Of a DNA stretch of 50,148 bases, positions 16,248 to 25,490 are shown piece by piece. The DNA is from Candidatus Woesearchaeota archaeon (GTDB lineage: Archaea; Nanobdellota; Nanobdellia; Woesearchaeales; SKIA01): NCBI GenBank assembly GCA_007116645.1, contig SKIA01000076.1, positions 1-50,148 of the forward strand. Direction: 5' to 3'. The position numbers were made by a program, and so were the translations under genes. A model generated the notes under the pieces. That model had not been told where the DNA came from and ran no database searches. It was given only the letters and a program-made list of their open reading frames with translations. How positions within the stretch are numbered: position 1 is the stretch's first letter; each line of letters opens with the position of its first letter.

Positions 16248-17021
16248 CTAAATCGTTATAGTAGGAGCACGGTTTGACGTTTCTTCGTGCGATTCAGATT
16301 CGACAGTGTCCTCAGAAGGAGGCTCGTTACTGGACGCTTCCTCATCATCAAACGACTCAAAGCCCTCACACGACTCAACAACTTCCCAACCAGAAGGAAC
16401 ATCACACGGCGTTCTAAACTCAACACAAACGCCCTGCGCGTTCACTGCAGGAGTGATTACTTGTGCACACAGTTCTTCATCAGAGCGAATAGGCTCGGAA
16501 AAATAAACGCGGTCAATGCCAGCAGCGTTAATGAAGACAGCGTAACCAAGGCTGTTGTACACAAACGCTCGCTCCATGTGCAAGTCCTGTGCGACAGAAG
16601 GAATGCCAAGAAGACCATAGAGTCGGTCGCGACCACCCATCATGACAGTCTCGCCAACAAGCAAGTCATTAGCGTCATTAGTCACAAGGACAGCTCGGAC
16701 AACACCGCGCTCAACATGGTATAATACGACAGTCACGTTTTCTTGACCAAAACCGTACTCAAGGTTGCGAACAGCACCAAACTGGTACTCAGAAACAGAA
16801 TCGGCCTCGCCATGAAGCTCAACAACGCGCTCTTCAGAATCACCAAGGCGCACACCAAAAAAACTGATGTTATCACTTGGGATGCGATCAGAGAACACGT
16901 CATAGTACAAAATCTCGCCGGCAACGTCAGGCACGCGGTCTGAAAGCTCAGAAACAGGCTCTAGAGCAGGAGCGCAGGCAACGATGACGAGTAATGCAAA
17001 AGCGAGATATGCGTATTTCAT
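16248..17021 (-). CDS. Secreted putative lipoprotein, acidic, Lys-free after the signal peptide
   Basis: MKYAYLAFALLVIVAC is a signal peptide with a lipobox-like IVAC. There is no Lys in the remaining ~240 aa and the C-terminal tail is acidic. Start set at ATG 17021 by TATA spacing. Confidence 0.65.
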   Translation of the reverse strand: MKYAYLAFALLVIVACAPALEPVSELSDRVPDVAGEILYYDVFSDRIPSDNISFFGVRLGDSEERVVELHGEADSVSEYQFGAVRNLEYGFGQENVTVVLYHVERGVVRAVLVTNDANDLLVGETVMMGGRDRLYGLLGIPSVAQDLHMERAFVYNSLGYAVFINAAGIDRVYFSEPIRSDEELCAQVITPAVNAQGVCVEFRTPCDVPSGWEVVESCEGFESFDDEEASSNEPPSEDTVESESHEETSNRAPTITI

Positions 17022-17042
17022 AGAATAAGTAAATAAGAACAG

Positions 17043-17050
17043 TTTTTTAA
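17043..17050. promoter_or_regulatory. Shared bidirectional A/T box TTTTTTAA
   Basis: Lies 21 nt from ATG 17021 (minus strand) and 22 nt from ATG 17073 (plus strand). Confidence 0.45.
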
Positions 17051-17072
17051 GGATTATGCACATTAGCACCAT

Positions 17073-17930
17073 ATGAAGGCACTGAGTGTGTTGTGGAGGG
17101 GAGCACTGATAGGAGCGGCAGACATCGTTCCCGGAGTGTCAGGAGGAACCATGGCACTCATTACAGGAGTGTATGAACAACTCACCACACTTATTGCAAG
17201 CGTTGTAAAACTACCAAAGCGCTTGTACGAACAACGATCGTTTGAGCCAATAAAAAATATCAACTACTCATTTGCAATCCCGCTCATAATAGGAGTAGTC
17301 GCGGCATTTATTGCGGCAACACAGCTCCTCGTCCCGCTCATCACACAACAACCAGGATATGTGTACGCAGTCTTTTGCGGCCTCATCCTCGGAGCAGCAC
17401 TCATGCTGATATTGTACAATACACACAAACTCGCGCACACACTCACAGGAATTGCGGGCTTTATCCTTGGCCTTGGAGCGCTATTACTACCACACACAGA
17501 CGCTGCTCCTACGCCCATATTCTTATTCATACTCGGAATAGCAGCAGGATTTGTCATGCTCTTTCCCGGAGTTTCAGGGTCATACTTGCTTCTCGTAACA
17601 GGACACTACGCACTCTTACTTGCAGCTATTGGGCAACCATTTGCAAATGCAGTATTTCTCATCACGTTTGGCGCAGGAGTACTCATCGGAATAGGCCTTG
17701 CCGCGCTTTGTGTACAATACGTATTAAGAATCGCTAGAGAACACACCCTCTTATTTCTTTCAGGACTCATGCTCGGAGCACTTATCACACCACTTATAAC
17801 TATACACCAAGCGACCACAGGCACAACAGGATGGATGCTCGTCACCGTTTTATTCGCAGTAGGAACTATTGCTGCTGTTGGGATGCAGCTGAAAGCAAGC
17901 ACGGCCGGAGCACAATCTTCTCAGAACTAA
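17073..17930 (+). CDS. DUF368 family polytopic membrane protein (polyprenyl-phosphate translocase-like)
   Basis: GAADIVPGVSGGTMALITGVYE plus a second FPGVSGSYLLL repeat is the DUF368 signature. About 8 hydrophobic segments. Confidence 0.8.
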   Translation: MKALSVLWRGALIGAADIVPGVSGGTMALITGVYEQLTTLIASVVKLPKRLYEQRSFEPIKNINYSFAIPLIIGVVAAFIAATQLLVPLITQQPGYVYAVFCGLILGAALMLILYNTHKLAHTLTGIAGFILGLGALLLPHTDAAPTPIFLFILGIAAGFVMLFPGVSGSYLLLVTGHYALLLAAIGQPFANAVFLITFGAGVLIGIGLAALCVQYVLRIAREHTLLFLSGLMLGALITPLITIHQATTGTTGWMLVTVLFAVGTIAAVGMQLKASTAGAQSSQN

Positions 17931-19131
17931 GCTCTTCGCACACGCGCTGGGCGACTTTAAGCAACTCTCGTTCTTTGCGCTCAACACGAGCAAACAATCG
18001 TCCCTCGCGCTCAATCACAGTCTCATGCGTGTCGCGAAAACGAGCAGCATCAGTTTCTTGAGACACAGGAGGGCCTTCGCGCTCATACGACGGCTCAAGA
18101 ATTTCTTGAGCAACACACACCCAAGCACATGCAGAGGTATGATCAAAATGCCATCCGTCCTCAACAATATCAAAGCCCGAAAGGCGCACCTGAGACACTA
18201 AGCGCTCAAACGATTTGCGCACCCGAGCACCAGCAACGTCAGTCTTGTCATCAAACAACTCCATATCAACCCAGACAGCACTCCCAGGATGCTCGGACAG
18301 TCTTGACAAAAGAAGGTCTTTACGAAACTCTTCAACAACAAAAAACGCTTCCGAAGGTGCTTGCAAAAACTTTTTAGCACTACTCACAAACGCATCAAAC
18401 TGCTCTTGAGACAACGCCGCTGCCGCATTTCGGTCAGGCTGCACTGGATCAATAAGAATAAGTGGCGAAAGCTTTGCTTCATTAAGAACGTCAAGCGGGT
18501 CTTTATGATGGCGCTCCATATCAATAACCACAGGTGGCTTCCACGCAGCCGCGGCTTTTATGAGCGAGTAAAACGATTTGTAATGCATGATAAGCAAGTC
18601 AATGACGTGACCTGAAAACCCGCGAATATAACTCTCAGCACCATACACTCCTTGCGCTTTAGAAAACTGCTTTGTTAAACGAACCTCATCTTCTAAGCCC
18701 AAACCGTTCTCACGAAAATAATCAACATGAATAGGACTCATATCAGTAACGTTACGTGCCTGAGAAGAATCGCTCACAGCAAGAACGGGAATGACCTCAA
18801 AATCATAGCCCTGATAGACGAACTGAAAATAATCACGACTGCCATGAAGACGCGTAGGAGCAAACTGCTTTAGCGCGCGCTCAAGCAAATCAGGAAGTTT
18901 CTCTTCAAGGTCTGCATACTCTAACGAAAAACGAACGAACACATCAACATCATGATCTAACGGAAGATACGTGCCCTTAGCAACGCTGCCACCAGGAACA
19001 GGCAGTGCCTTAATGTCTCTGCGAGCAAGCTCATGAGCGATCATGCCAATAACCTCGTTTCGCACAGCAATGATTTCTGTGTCAGGACGCAAAGACTCCT
19101 TAACCTCATCAAGCAATGAAAATACACTCAT
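17866..19131 (-). CDS. cca: CCA-adding enzyme (tRNA nucleotidyltransferase), archaeal class I
   Basis: N-terminal GGSVAKGTYLPLDHDVDVFVRF (G-S...D-x-D NTase box) and a length of ~420 aa typical of archaeal cca. Start set at ATG 19131 because the track start 19140 is TTG. The 3' end overlaps the convergent DUF368 gene by 65 nt. Confidence 0.85.
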   Translation of the reverse strand: MSVFSLLDEVKESLRPDTEIIAVRNEVIGMIAHELARRDIKALPVPGGSVAKGTYLPLDHDVDVFVRFSLEYADLEEKLPDLLERALKQFAPTRLHGSRDYFQFVYQGYDFEVIPVLAVSDSSQARNVTDMSPIHVDYFRENGLGLEDEVRLTKQFSKAQGVYGAESYIRGFSGHVIDLLIMHYKSFYSLIKAAAAWKPPVVIDMERHHKDPLDVLNEAKLSPLILIDPVQPDRNAAAALSQEQFDAFVSSAKKFLQAPSEAFFVVEEFRKDLLLSRLSEHPGSAVWVDMELFDDKTDVAGARVRKSFERLVSQVRLSGFDIVEDGWHFDHTSACAWVCVAQEILEPSYEREGPPVSQETDAARFRDTHETVIEREGRLFARVERKERELLKVAQRVCEELSSEKIVLRPCLLSAASQQQQ

Positions 19132-19215
19132 ACAACTCAAAAAGCCACGCCTCCTTTAAGAGCGTTGCGCCAGCAAACATTCATAAACACCAAGAAGTAA
19201 CACAGAACAAGGGAT

Positions 19216-19596
19216 ATGGCGTACGCACTAATAGACACAAACATGCTCGTTGCAGTGGCTGACGGGTTTGACTTATTTGGACAATTAGCAGATGAATTTC
19301 CACACTTCACACCAGCAGTCATGCAAGGAACGATAAGAGAGCTCAAAAACCTGCAAAACAGCGGTACAGGAGCTCAAAAGCGCGCAGCAAAGCTTGCGCA
19401 AGAACTCGTCTCACGACAACATTTAAATATAGTGCCACAATCCGTAACACACGTAGATGACGCAATTCTCGCTTTAGCAACACAAACGGGAAGCGTCATC
19501 GTCACGCAAGACAAGGCCTTGCAACAACGAGCACGAAAAGCCAAAATACCTGTTTTGGCAATGCGAAGCAAACGATTGCTGCGTCACGTGCCGTAA
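19216..19596 (+). CDS. PIN-domain protein (Fcf1/COG1412-like) of the conserved rpoE' neighbourhood
   Basis: Acidic PIN residues in LIDTNML, VDDAIL and VTQDKAL. Its position directly upstream of rpoE' matches many archaea. Confidence 0.75.
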   Translation: MAYALIDTNMLVAVADGFDLFGQLADEFPHFTPAVMQGTIRELKNLQNSGTGAQKRAAKLAQELVSRQHLNIVPQSVTHVDDAILALATQTGSVIVTQDKALQQRARKAKIPVLAMRSKRLLRHVP

Positions 19597-19610
19597 ATCC
19601 CGGAGGACGA

Positions 19611-20147
19611 ATGTATTACAAGATAACAGTCAAAGACCACATCCGCGTGCCACCAGCACAGTTCGGATCAGATCTCAGAGTAGCAATCACCGCACAAATT
19701 AAAGAAAAATACGACGGTTTTATTTCAAAAACCCTGGGTATCGTCATAGGCGTTGAAGGCGTTGCAGAGATTGGAGAAGGAATCGTTATCCCGGGAGACG
19801 GAGCATCTTACTTTCAAACAACATTCACCCTACTCGTATTCAGACCAGAACTTCAAGAAGTAGTAGTTGGAGTTATCAGAGACATCGCAGAATTCGGAGC
19901 GTTCATCACGCTCGGACCACTCGAAGGCATGATTCACATCAGCCAGACAATGAACGATTTCGTCTCATTTAACAAAGAAAAAACGCTTGCAGGAAAAGAC
20001 ACTGGACGCGTACTCAAAATCGGAGATGTGTGCCGCGCGCGCATCATCGCAGTATCATACAAGGACATTACCAACCCAAAAATCGGTTTGACCATGCGTC
20101 AAGAAGGACTTGGAAAAATGGAATGGGCAGCTGAGGACCTTAAATGA
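19611..20147 (+). CDS. rpoE: DNA-directed RNA polymerase subunit E' (Rpo7)
   Basis: MYYKITVKDHIRVPP N-terminal domain plus an S1 fold (GVIRDIAEFGAFITLGPLEGMIHISQ). GGAGG Shine-Dalgarno sequence 4 nt upstream. Confidence 0.9.
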   Translation: MYYKITVKDHIRVPPAQFGSDLRVAITAQIKEKYDGFISKTLGIVIGVEGVAEIGEGIVIPGDGASYFQTTFTLLVFRPELQEVVVGVIRDIAEFGAFITLGPLEGMIHISQTMNDFVSFNKEKTLAGKDTGRVLKIGDVCRARIIAVSYKDITNPKIGLTMRQEGLGKMEWAAEDLK

Positions 20148-20515
20148 TTAAACCAGAAGAATACATGTCAAGTCCTGTCGTGACAACAACGCCAACTACG
20201 ACACTTCACGCGATTGCAACATTAATGGACGAAAAAAACATCGGCTGTCTTGTTGTCATGCAAGAAAACAACCTGGCAGGAATCGTTACTGAACGAGACA
20301 TTCTTCGAAAAGTCCTCGCACACGGAAAAGACGTACACCACATCACCGCACAAGACATCATGACAAAAGACGTCTTTACTGTACAAAAAGACGCAACACT
20401 CATGGAAGTGGCAGCGCTTATGAAACAACACACATTCAGACGCATCATCGTCATGGATGACGCATCTCCTGTAGGAATAATCACTTCACGAGACCTCATC
20501 GGTCTATTGGTATAA
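20144..20515 (+). CDS. CBS-pair domain protein
   Basis: Two CBS repeats (MSSPVVTTTP...GIVTERDILRK; IMTKDVFTV...GIITSRDLIG). ATGA overlap with rpoE'. Confidence 0.85.
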   Translation: MIKPEEYMSSPVVTTTPTTTLHAIATLMDEKNIGCLVVMQENNLAGIVTERDILRKVLAHGKDVHHITAQDIMTKDVFTVQKDATLMEVAALMKQHTFRRIIVMDDASPVGIITSRDLIGLLV

Positions 20516-20519
20516 TACA

Positions 20520-20714
20520 ATGGCAAAACAACTCGCACACAAAAAAACAAAACGATTGCTCACACAACCACAAATCACTGAGCAAAAAGGAAACATCGGC
20601 GAATACACCACGAATTGGCAAGGAAGAGCCTACTTCATAGATATCAAACGATCACAAGTAGCACAAAATATGGGCGTAGAACAAAAAGGAGAATACGCCA
20701 TTAAGGTACGGTAA
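20520..20714 (+). CDS. spt4: Spt4 (RpoE'') homolog lacking the zinc-ribbon cysteines
   Basis: The C-terminal NWQGRAYFIDIKRSQVAQNMGVEQKGEYAIKV matches archaeal Spt4 (NW-G...I..PEKSEIAKK.GI...GKYAL.V). Genomic position after rpoE' is also canonical. The 64-aa product contains no Cys. Confidence 0.7.
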   Translation: MAKQLAHKKTKRLLTQPQITEQKGNIGEYTTNWQGRAYFIDIKRSQVAQNMGVEQKGEYAIKVR

Positions 20715-20719
20715 CACTC

Positions 20720-21067
20720 ATGGAAATCACAATTTCAGAAAAACAAGAACTCCCACTGCTTAAGCGGTCAGAAGCACGCGTTCGCATATTCTACCAAGGA
20801 ACAACTCCTACGCGCGCACAACTCATCCCTGCTCTTGCAGACAAGCTCGGAGTCAAAAAAGACTTGCTTATCATCGACACTATTGATGCACAGTACGGCG
20901 ACACCGTCGCATACGTAACATGCAGATGCTATACTGACAAAGCGACCCTTGAAAAACTTGAGAGAAAAAACCTTCAAGAAAAGCACGTCATTGCAGCACC
21001 GCCAAAAGCAGAAGAAGCTGCTGAACCTGAAGCAGAAGAAGCTGAAGAAACACCTGAGGAAAACTAA
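20720..21067 (+). CDS. rps24e: 30S ribosomal protein S24e
   Basis: NPLL-like LPLLKRSEARVRIFYQGTTPTRAQL... core, canonical neighbourhood, and an acidic C-terminal extension. Confidence 0.85.
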   Translation: MEITISEKQELPLLKRSEARVRIFYQGTTPTRAQLIPALADKLGVKKDLLIIDTIDAQYGDTVAYVTCRCYTDKATLEKLERKNLQEKHVIAAPPKAEEAAEPEAEEAEETPEEN

Positions 21068-21217
21068 ATGGCATACAAAGATTCTTTTAAAGTAGAAGGC
21101 GGAAAAGTCGTACGAAACAAAAGCTGCATGAAATGCGGTACCGGCTTTTTGCTTGCTGAACACAAAACCAGACGTACTTGCGGCAAGTGCGGCTATGTTG
21201 AATATAAGAAGGAATAA
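21068..21217 (+). CDS. rps27ae: 30S ribosomal protein S27ae
   Basis: Not in the track (49 aa): MAYKDSFKVEGGKVVRNKSCMKCGTGFLLAEHKTRRTCGKCGYVEYKKE with a CxxC...CxxC zinc ribbon. It starts directly after the S24e stop, in the canonical position. Confidence 0.85.
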   Translation: MAYKDSFKVEGGKVVRNKSCMKCGTGFLLAEHKTRRTCGKCGYVEYKKE

Positions 21218-21278
21218 CTGAAAAGTTTCCGGAAAATATTCCTAAACGCTTCTAAAAGGCAAAACACACAGTAGTTGT

Positions 21279-21941
21279 GTGACTATTGACGACCTTATCA
21301 CACAGCTTGAGCACACACGCACACAACGCTTTGTTAAACGAGAAGACGTGTACGCACAACTCGATACGACAGCACAAGAGCTCAACGCATACGCAGGACA
21401 ACCACTCACCGCAGCCAATATTGAGCGACTAGATGACCTCGCACTGAGTCTGAAACGACAACGACGCTCAGAACTTAGCGACGTAATAGAACACATAGAC
21501 GCAGTACGAGCACCGTACCGGCCACAACAAGCAACAGTCGCATACGATCTTATCAGCACAAACTTTGCACGATACGACACACGTATACAAGAAATACATT
21601 CGTTTCTTGATGATAACCAAACAAGCTTTGATGACCTCGCCTTAACAAAAGACTGGCTTGAAAATAACTCCTATCTCAAAAACAAACGTAAAACAAACAA
21701 AGAATTTGACGAAAAAGCAGCAACACTTGTTGAACGCCTCAACAAGCGCATGAACCAGTACTCAGCCCCTAAAGCAAAAGTCAAAACGTCAATTACTCAA
21801 AGCTCCGCAATAGTTCCTCCGCGCAGATCATGGTATGAACGAGCAAAAACAGTCGCTGCAAAAGCAACAGTAGGCGTCTCGGCAGCTCTTCTTACGCTCT
21901 CAACACTACCAACGTCATGGTATGCTCCCTTCTATCAGTAA
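21279..21941 (+). CDS. Hypothetical coiled-coil protein with C-terminal hydrophobic anchor
   Basis: 220-aa ORF with a GTG start and a C-terminal AAKATVGVSAALLTLSTLP segment. No family recognised. Confidence 0.55.
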   Translation: MTIDDLITQLEHTRTQRFVKREDVYAQLDTTAQELNAYAGQPLTAANIERLDDLALSLKRQRRSELSDVIEHIDAVRAPYRPQQATVAYDLISTNFARYDTRIQEIHSFLDDNQTSFDDLALTKDWLENNSYLKNKRKTNKEFDEKAATLVERLNKRMNQYSAPKAKVKTSITQSSAIVPPRRSWYERAKTVAAKATVGVSAALLTLSTLPTSWYAPFYQ

Positions 21942-21964
21942 CTCCTGGCTAAGAGTGATATAGG

Positions 21965-21971
21965 TTTATAT
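21965..21971 (+). promoter_or_regulatory. TATA box TTTATAT, 23 nt upstream of ATG 21995
   Basis: Spacing rule. Confidence 0.5.
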
Positions 21972-21994
21972 GGCTCTGTGCAGGCAGAGCTAGT

Positions 21995-23098
21995 ATGAGA
22001 GGGTCGTTGAGAGTAAGTATTCTCGCGCTCACACTATTATGTTTAGCACTTTACGTGCAACCAACAGTCGTGGACGTTGAAGGAGGACAGTTTGATCACG
22101 TGTTCACCATAGTAAATGATGATCCAAGACCCATCACTGCAACACTTGAACTACACGAATTCGCCCGCTATCTACAAGACACACACACGATTTCAGCAAC
22201 CACCATAGCACTCAGACCTGGAGAAAGCCGCAACGTGCAAGTGCGCGGACGAGTGCCCTCAGCCCTTGGCCCGGAAACGCATCTCCTGCGATATGAACTC
22301 GTCAGCAATGGACAACGACAAGACGCATTTACCTTGCGCATTCCGGTAACAGGAACGCCTCGACTACACCCCGCACTTGATGTGCGCGCACAAGACGTTC
22401 TCAGACAGGAACCACTGGCCGCAACGGCACAGCTATCAAACTTTGGAAACGTGATTGCATACTACAACCTCTCGCTACACGTACGACAAGAAGCAACACC
22501 TATAGGAACTATTGAGTATCCGCGCCTAGTGCAAGTACTCCCCGGAGAACAAACAGAGATAGGTTTGTTATACACGGACCGCCTAGAACCAGGAGAGTAT
22601 AGTGTGCGACTACAAGCGGTTGTTAACGAGGAACGATCACTTGACGCGACCGTGCCGTTTCGCGTACTTCTTGATGACCAAGTATACAGAACGCGGCAAG
22701 GAGACGACCTCATACTCACCCTCTCAGGAACTGCGCAAGCTCAAAGCATCACGTATGTTTTATCAAGAAACAATAGGGAATTAGTGCGTGACGTGCTCAT
22801 CGCAGAAAACGACACAGTAATTGTGCCAACCTCATTGCTGGAACCAGGAGAATACGTTGTTGCAGTAACAGTAACGCACCCCTCAGGAACAGACACGACA
22901 CGCATCCTTTTGGAAGTGCGACCACGCAGCGTCTATGGAACTGGCGTTCTGATTAGCGTAGGTATTATGGCACTGATCTCATTACTCTTCACCCGCACAG
23001 CAAGAATACATATACGCATCTCAATTGTATCGTTTAAACTACGCAAACAAGAGAAACGCTTAAAACAACTCATTGAGAAAGCACACCAACTAACATGA
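21995..23098 (+). CDS. Surface protein: signal peptide, Ig/CARDB-like ectodomain, C-terminal TM anchor; Lys-free ectodomain
   Basis: Signal peptide (SILALTLLCLALYV), beta-rich repeats (LEPGEYSVRLQAV, LEPGEYVVAVTVT) and a TM segment (VLISVGIMALISLLF) followed by a basic tail. All Lys residues are in the cytoplasmic tail. Confidence 0.7.
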   Translation: MRGSLRVSILALTLLCLALYVQPTVVDVEGGQFDHVFTIVNDDPRPITATLELHEFARYLQDTHTISATTIALRPGESRNVQVRGRVPSALGPETHLLRYELVSNGQRQDAFTLRIPVTGTPRLHPALDVRAQDVLRQEPLAATAQLSNFGNVIAYYNLSLHVRQEATPIGTIEYPRLVQVLPGEQTEIGLLYTDRLEPGEYSVRLQAVVNEERSLDATVPFRVLLDDQVYRTRQGDDLILTLSGTAQAQSITYVLSRNNRELVRDVLIAENDTVIVPTSLLEPGEYVVAVTVTHPSGTDTTRILLEVRPRSVYGTGVLISVGIMALISLLFTRTARIHIRISIVSFKLRKQEKRLKQLIEKAHQLT

Positions 23099-23208
23099 CA
23101 GCAGAAGAACGCCTAGCAGAACTTGAAGCGCGTCTTGCGCACGTACAAGAACAAATTAACATTCTCGCAGACTACATAGATCACTATCACCAGCGAAAAA
23201 ACACATAA
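23095..23208 (+). CDS. Possible 37-aa coiled-coil microprotein
   Basis: ATGA overlap with the upstream stop. Sequence is MTAEERLAELEARLAHVQEQINILADYIDHYHQRKNT. Below the track cut-off, with no other support. Confidence 0.3.
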   Translation: MTAEERLAELEARLAHVQEQINILADYIDHYHQRKNT

Positions 23209-23209
23209 G

Positions 23210-23217
23210 TTTATATA
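23210..23217 (+). promoter_or_regulatory. TATA box TTTATATA upstream of 23255 (37 nt)
   Basis: Canonical TATA sequence in a short intergenic gap. Confidence 0.45.
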
Positions 23218-23254
23218 TAACAAATATCCCAATCAGTGTACAGAAACCTATACT

Positions 23255-25423
23255 ATGGTAGCAACCCCTGTTTATCAACGCGTTGGCATGTTCGTACTAG
23301 CACTGCTCTTTCTTGTTACCTTCTCAACCGCAGCACCACACGTTGATGTATACATTGAAGAAACAGTCAATCAAAACGTCACCTTCGCAGCAGACTTTGA
23401 CCTTATCGAAGAACGAACATTTAGCCTTATCGAAGGAGTAATCACTGTCACAAACCCTGGTGACGAAACAGTATTTGATATTTACGTTATTCTTGATGAA
23501 GTTGCATCACTTGAATCAGACTTTATCAACCGCGGAGCAGTGCCGTTAACCCAACGAGAAGGCTTTCAAGTGATCTTCCCAAACGTTGACGGAAGCGTTG
23601 AAACAATTAACGACACCATCGGAGTAGCGTCTTTTGACCTCGAACTCGACCTTGACGAAGACGGAATAAACGACTCAGTTCGCGTAAACAACACACACAT
23701 CATCTTTAACATCACTTCAGAACACGACCAACTCGTCGCAATCCCCTTTAGCAACCAAACAAACACATCATTAGACATCTCAGTTCCAGGAACCATCTTG
23801 AACATGACATTTGATCTTGTCTCAACAAAAGAAGACACAGAACACAACGACGGATGGACATTTGCAACAGTAAGTATCATCGGAGAAGTAACCACTCCAG
23901 GACAACTCATAAGCCCGGGAGAAGTAAACGTTACCATTCAAGACCTTGCACGCCCATACGCAGTCCTGCACATCCCAGAACTACGATCAGGACAATTCAC
24001 GGTGTACGACTACAACGTATCATCGCTACTAGTAGCGCCACCACTTGATATTGACACAGCATACACAAACCCAGAATTCTCAACAAAAGTACTCTCAGGA
24101 GAATACTTCTGGGTGCAACTTATCGCAAGAAACATCGCAACAGTAGGGGACCTTGAAAACGTCAACATCACCATGAGAGCAGAAAACGTCACTGTGGTAA
24201 ATGGCTCGGTATCACAAACCTTTGACTTCACACTTCACAATCTCTCAACAGACTCTGCAATCAGCGCAGACAACGCAAACGTTGTCAACACCTCAAACAA
24301 AACATGGTTTTGGGGAGTGAACGGAGGAACAATACCTGTTGGCGAAGAATACAACATTACCTTCCAAATCAGAGCGCCAGACACAATCAACAGTTCAGGA
24401 ACATTCCTGGCAATGACGCAAACGCTCGCATACCAAATCAACACCACAGCATCACAGCTCAACCTTCTGGATGTACGCGCACGAGCAAGCGTTGTGTTTA
24501 ACGAAACAAAACGAATCATCAGACCACAAGACAGCCTTGAAAACAGAAACGTAACTTGGCAATCAGAACCAAAAGTGGGTACGAACGAAAACATCACCTT
24601 CACACTCGAAAAAGTAAGCATGTGGGTAACAGAAGTACTCGACCCAAACGAGCGGGTACCAGGCCTTAACACTACATACTTCCCAGATTACACAGTCAAC
24701 CTAACACGTACGTGGCTTGGAGCACAGTGGATATTTAACTTCACAGACGGAAGCATCGCATCAGCACCGCCACCAATCGTATGGATGAAACCATACTGGA
24801 TCATTGCAAACGTCAACGACCAAATCGTCAACTCAAGCTTTACAGTAAACGGAACAGACATATACATGAACTACATCTACGTAGTAAACGGATACTGGCT
24901 TGAAATCGAAAAACGCGTTATTGACGCAGGCGACAGCATGTACCACATCAGAACAGAAGTCCGCAACAGAGGAAACGGACACACACCACAAAACATGACG
25001 GTAACTGTTTACGACTTCGTACAATCAAACTTTGAAGCATGGAACTTCTCACCAACACCAAACGCTGATAGTCCAGTAACAGGACAATTCGACGGTATCG
25101 CATATCAATGGGACGCAGGCTTGAGAACAAACATCTCAACAAGCTTTGCACCACGAGAAGACGCGGACGGCCTTGACTGGTATTACATCAACTACACCGT
25201 AAACGGTTCAGGCGACTTTAGCCCATCAGACCTATACATTGTAGGACTGGACCCGCGTGCAATCGACGGAGCAAACACGTTTGAAGGCGTCAGCGTCGTA
25301 TCAGCAATCGCATCAACATCACGAGAAATGATCTACCTTGCAATCGTAGTGTTCCTCATCGCGATTAACGTTGCAAACTTTATGATGACTTCGCGCATCT
25401 CGCGAAAGCTAGACCGCAAATAA
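23255..25423 (+). CDS. Large cell-surface glycoprotein candidate (S-layer-like), sequon-rich, C-terminal TM anchor
   Basis: Signal peptide and a 722-aa beta-rich ectodomain with about 30 N-x-S/T sequons by manual count. CARDB/DUF11-like strands are present (HIRTEVRNRGNGHTPQNMTVTVYDF). The C-terminal TM is IYLAIVVFLIAINVANFMM followed by a basic tail. Confidence 0.7.
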   Translation: MVATPVYQRVGMFVLALLFLVTFSTAAPHVDVYIEETVNQNVTFAADFDLIEERTFSLIEGVITVTNPGDETVFDIYVILDEVASLESDFINRGAVPLTQREGFQVIFPNVDGSVETINDTIGVASFDLELDLDEDGINDSVRVNNTHIIFNITSEHDQLVAIPFSNQTNTSLDISVPGTILNMTFDLVSTKEDTEHNDGWTFATVSIIGEVTTPGQLISPGEVNVTIQDLARPYAVLHIPELRSGQFTVYDYNVSSLLVAPPLDIDTAYTNPEFSTKVLSGEYFWVQLIARNIATVGDLENVNITMRAENVTVVNGSVSQTFDFTLHNLSTDSAISADNANVVNTSNKTWFWGVNGGTIPVGEEYNITFQIRAPDTINSSGTFLAMTQTLAYQINTTASQLNLLDVRARASVVFNETKRIIRPQDSLENRNVTWQSEPKVGTNENITFTLEKVSMWVTEVLDPNERVPGLNTTYFPDYTVNLTRTWLGAQWIFNFTDGSIASAPPPIVWMKPYWIIANVNDQIVNSSFTVNGTDIYMNYIYVVNGYWLEIEKRVIDAGDSMYHIRTEVRNRGNGHTPQNMTVTVYDFVQSNFEAWNFSPTPNADSPVTGQFDGIAYQWDAGLRTNISTSFAPREDADGLDWYYINYTVNGSGDFSPSDLYIVGLDPRAIDGANTFEGVSVVSAIASTSREMIYLAIVVFLIAINVANFMMTSRISRKLDRK

Positions 25424-25490
25424 CTAGATTCGGAAGAGCCGAAAACATCCGGAACGTTTTTAAAGACAAAAACGGGAGAGAAACATACGT

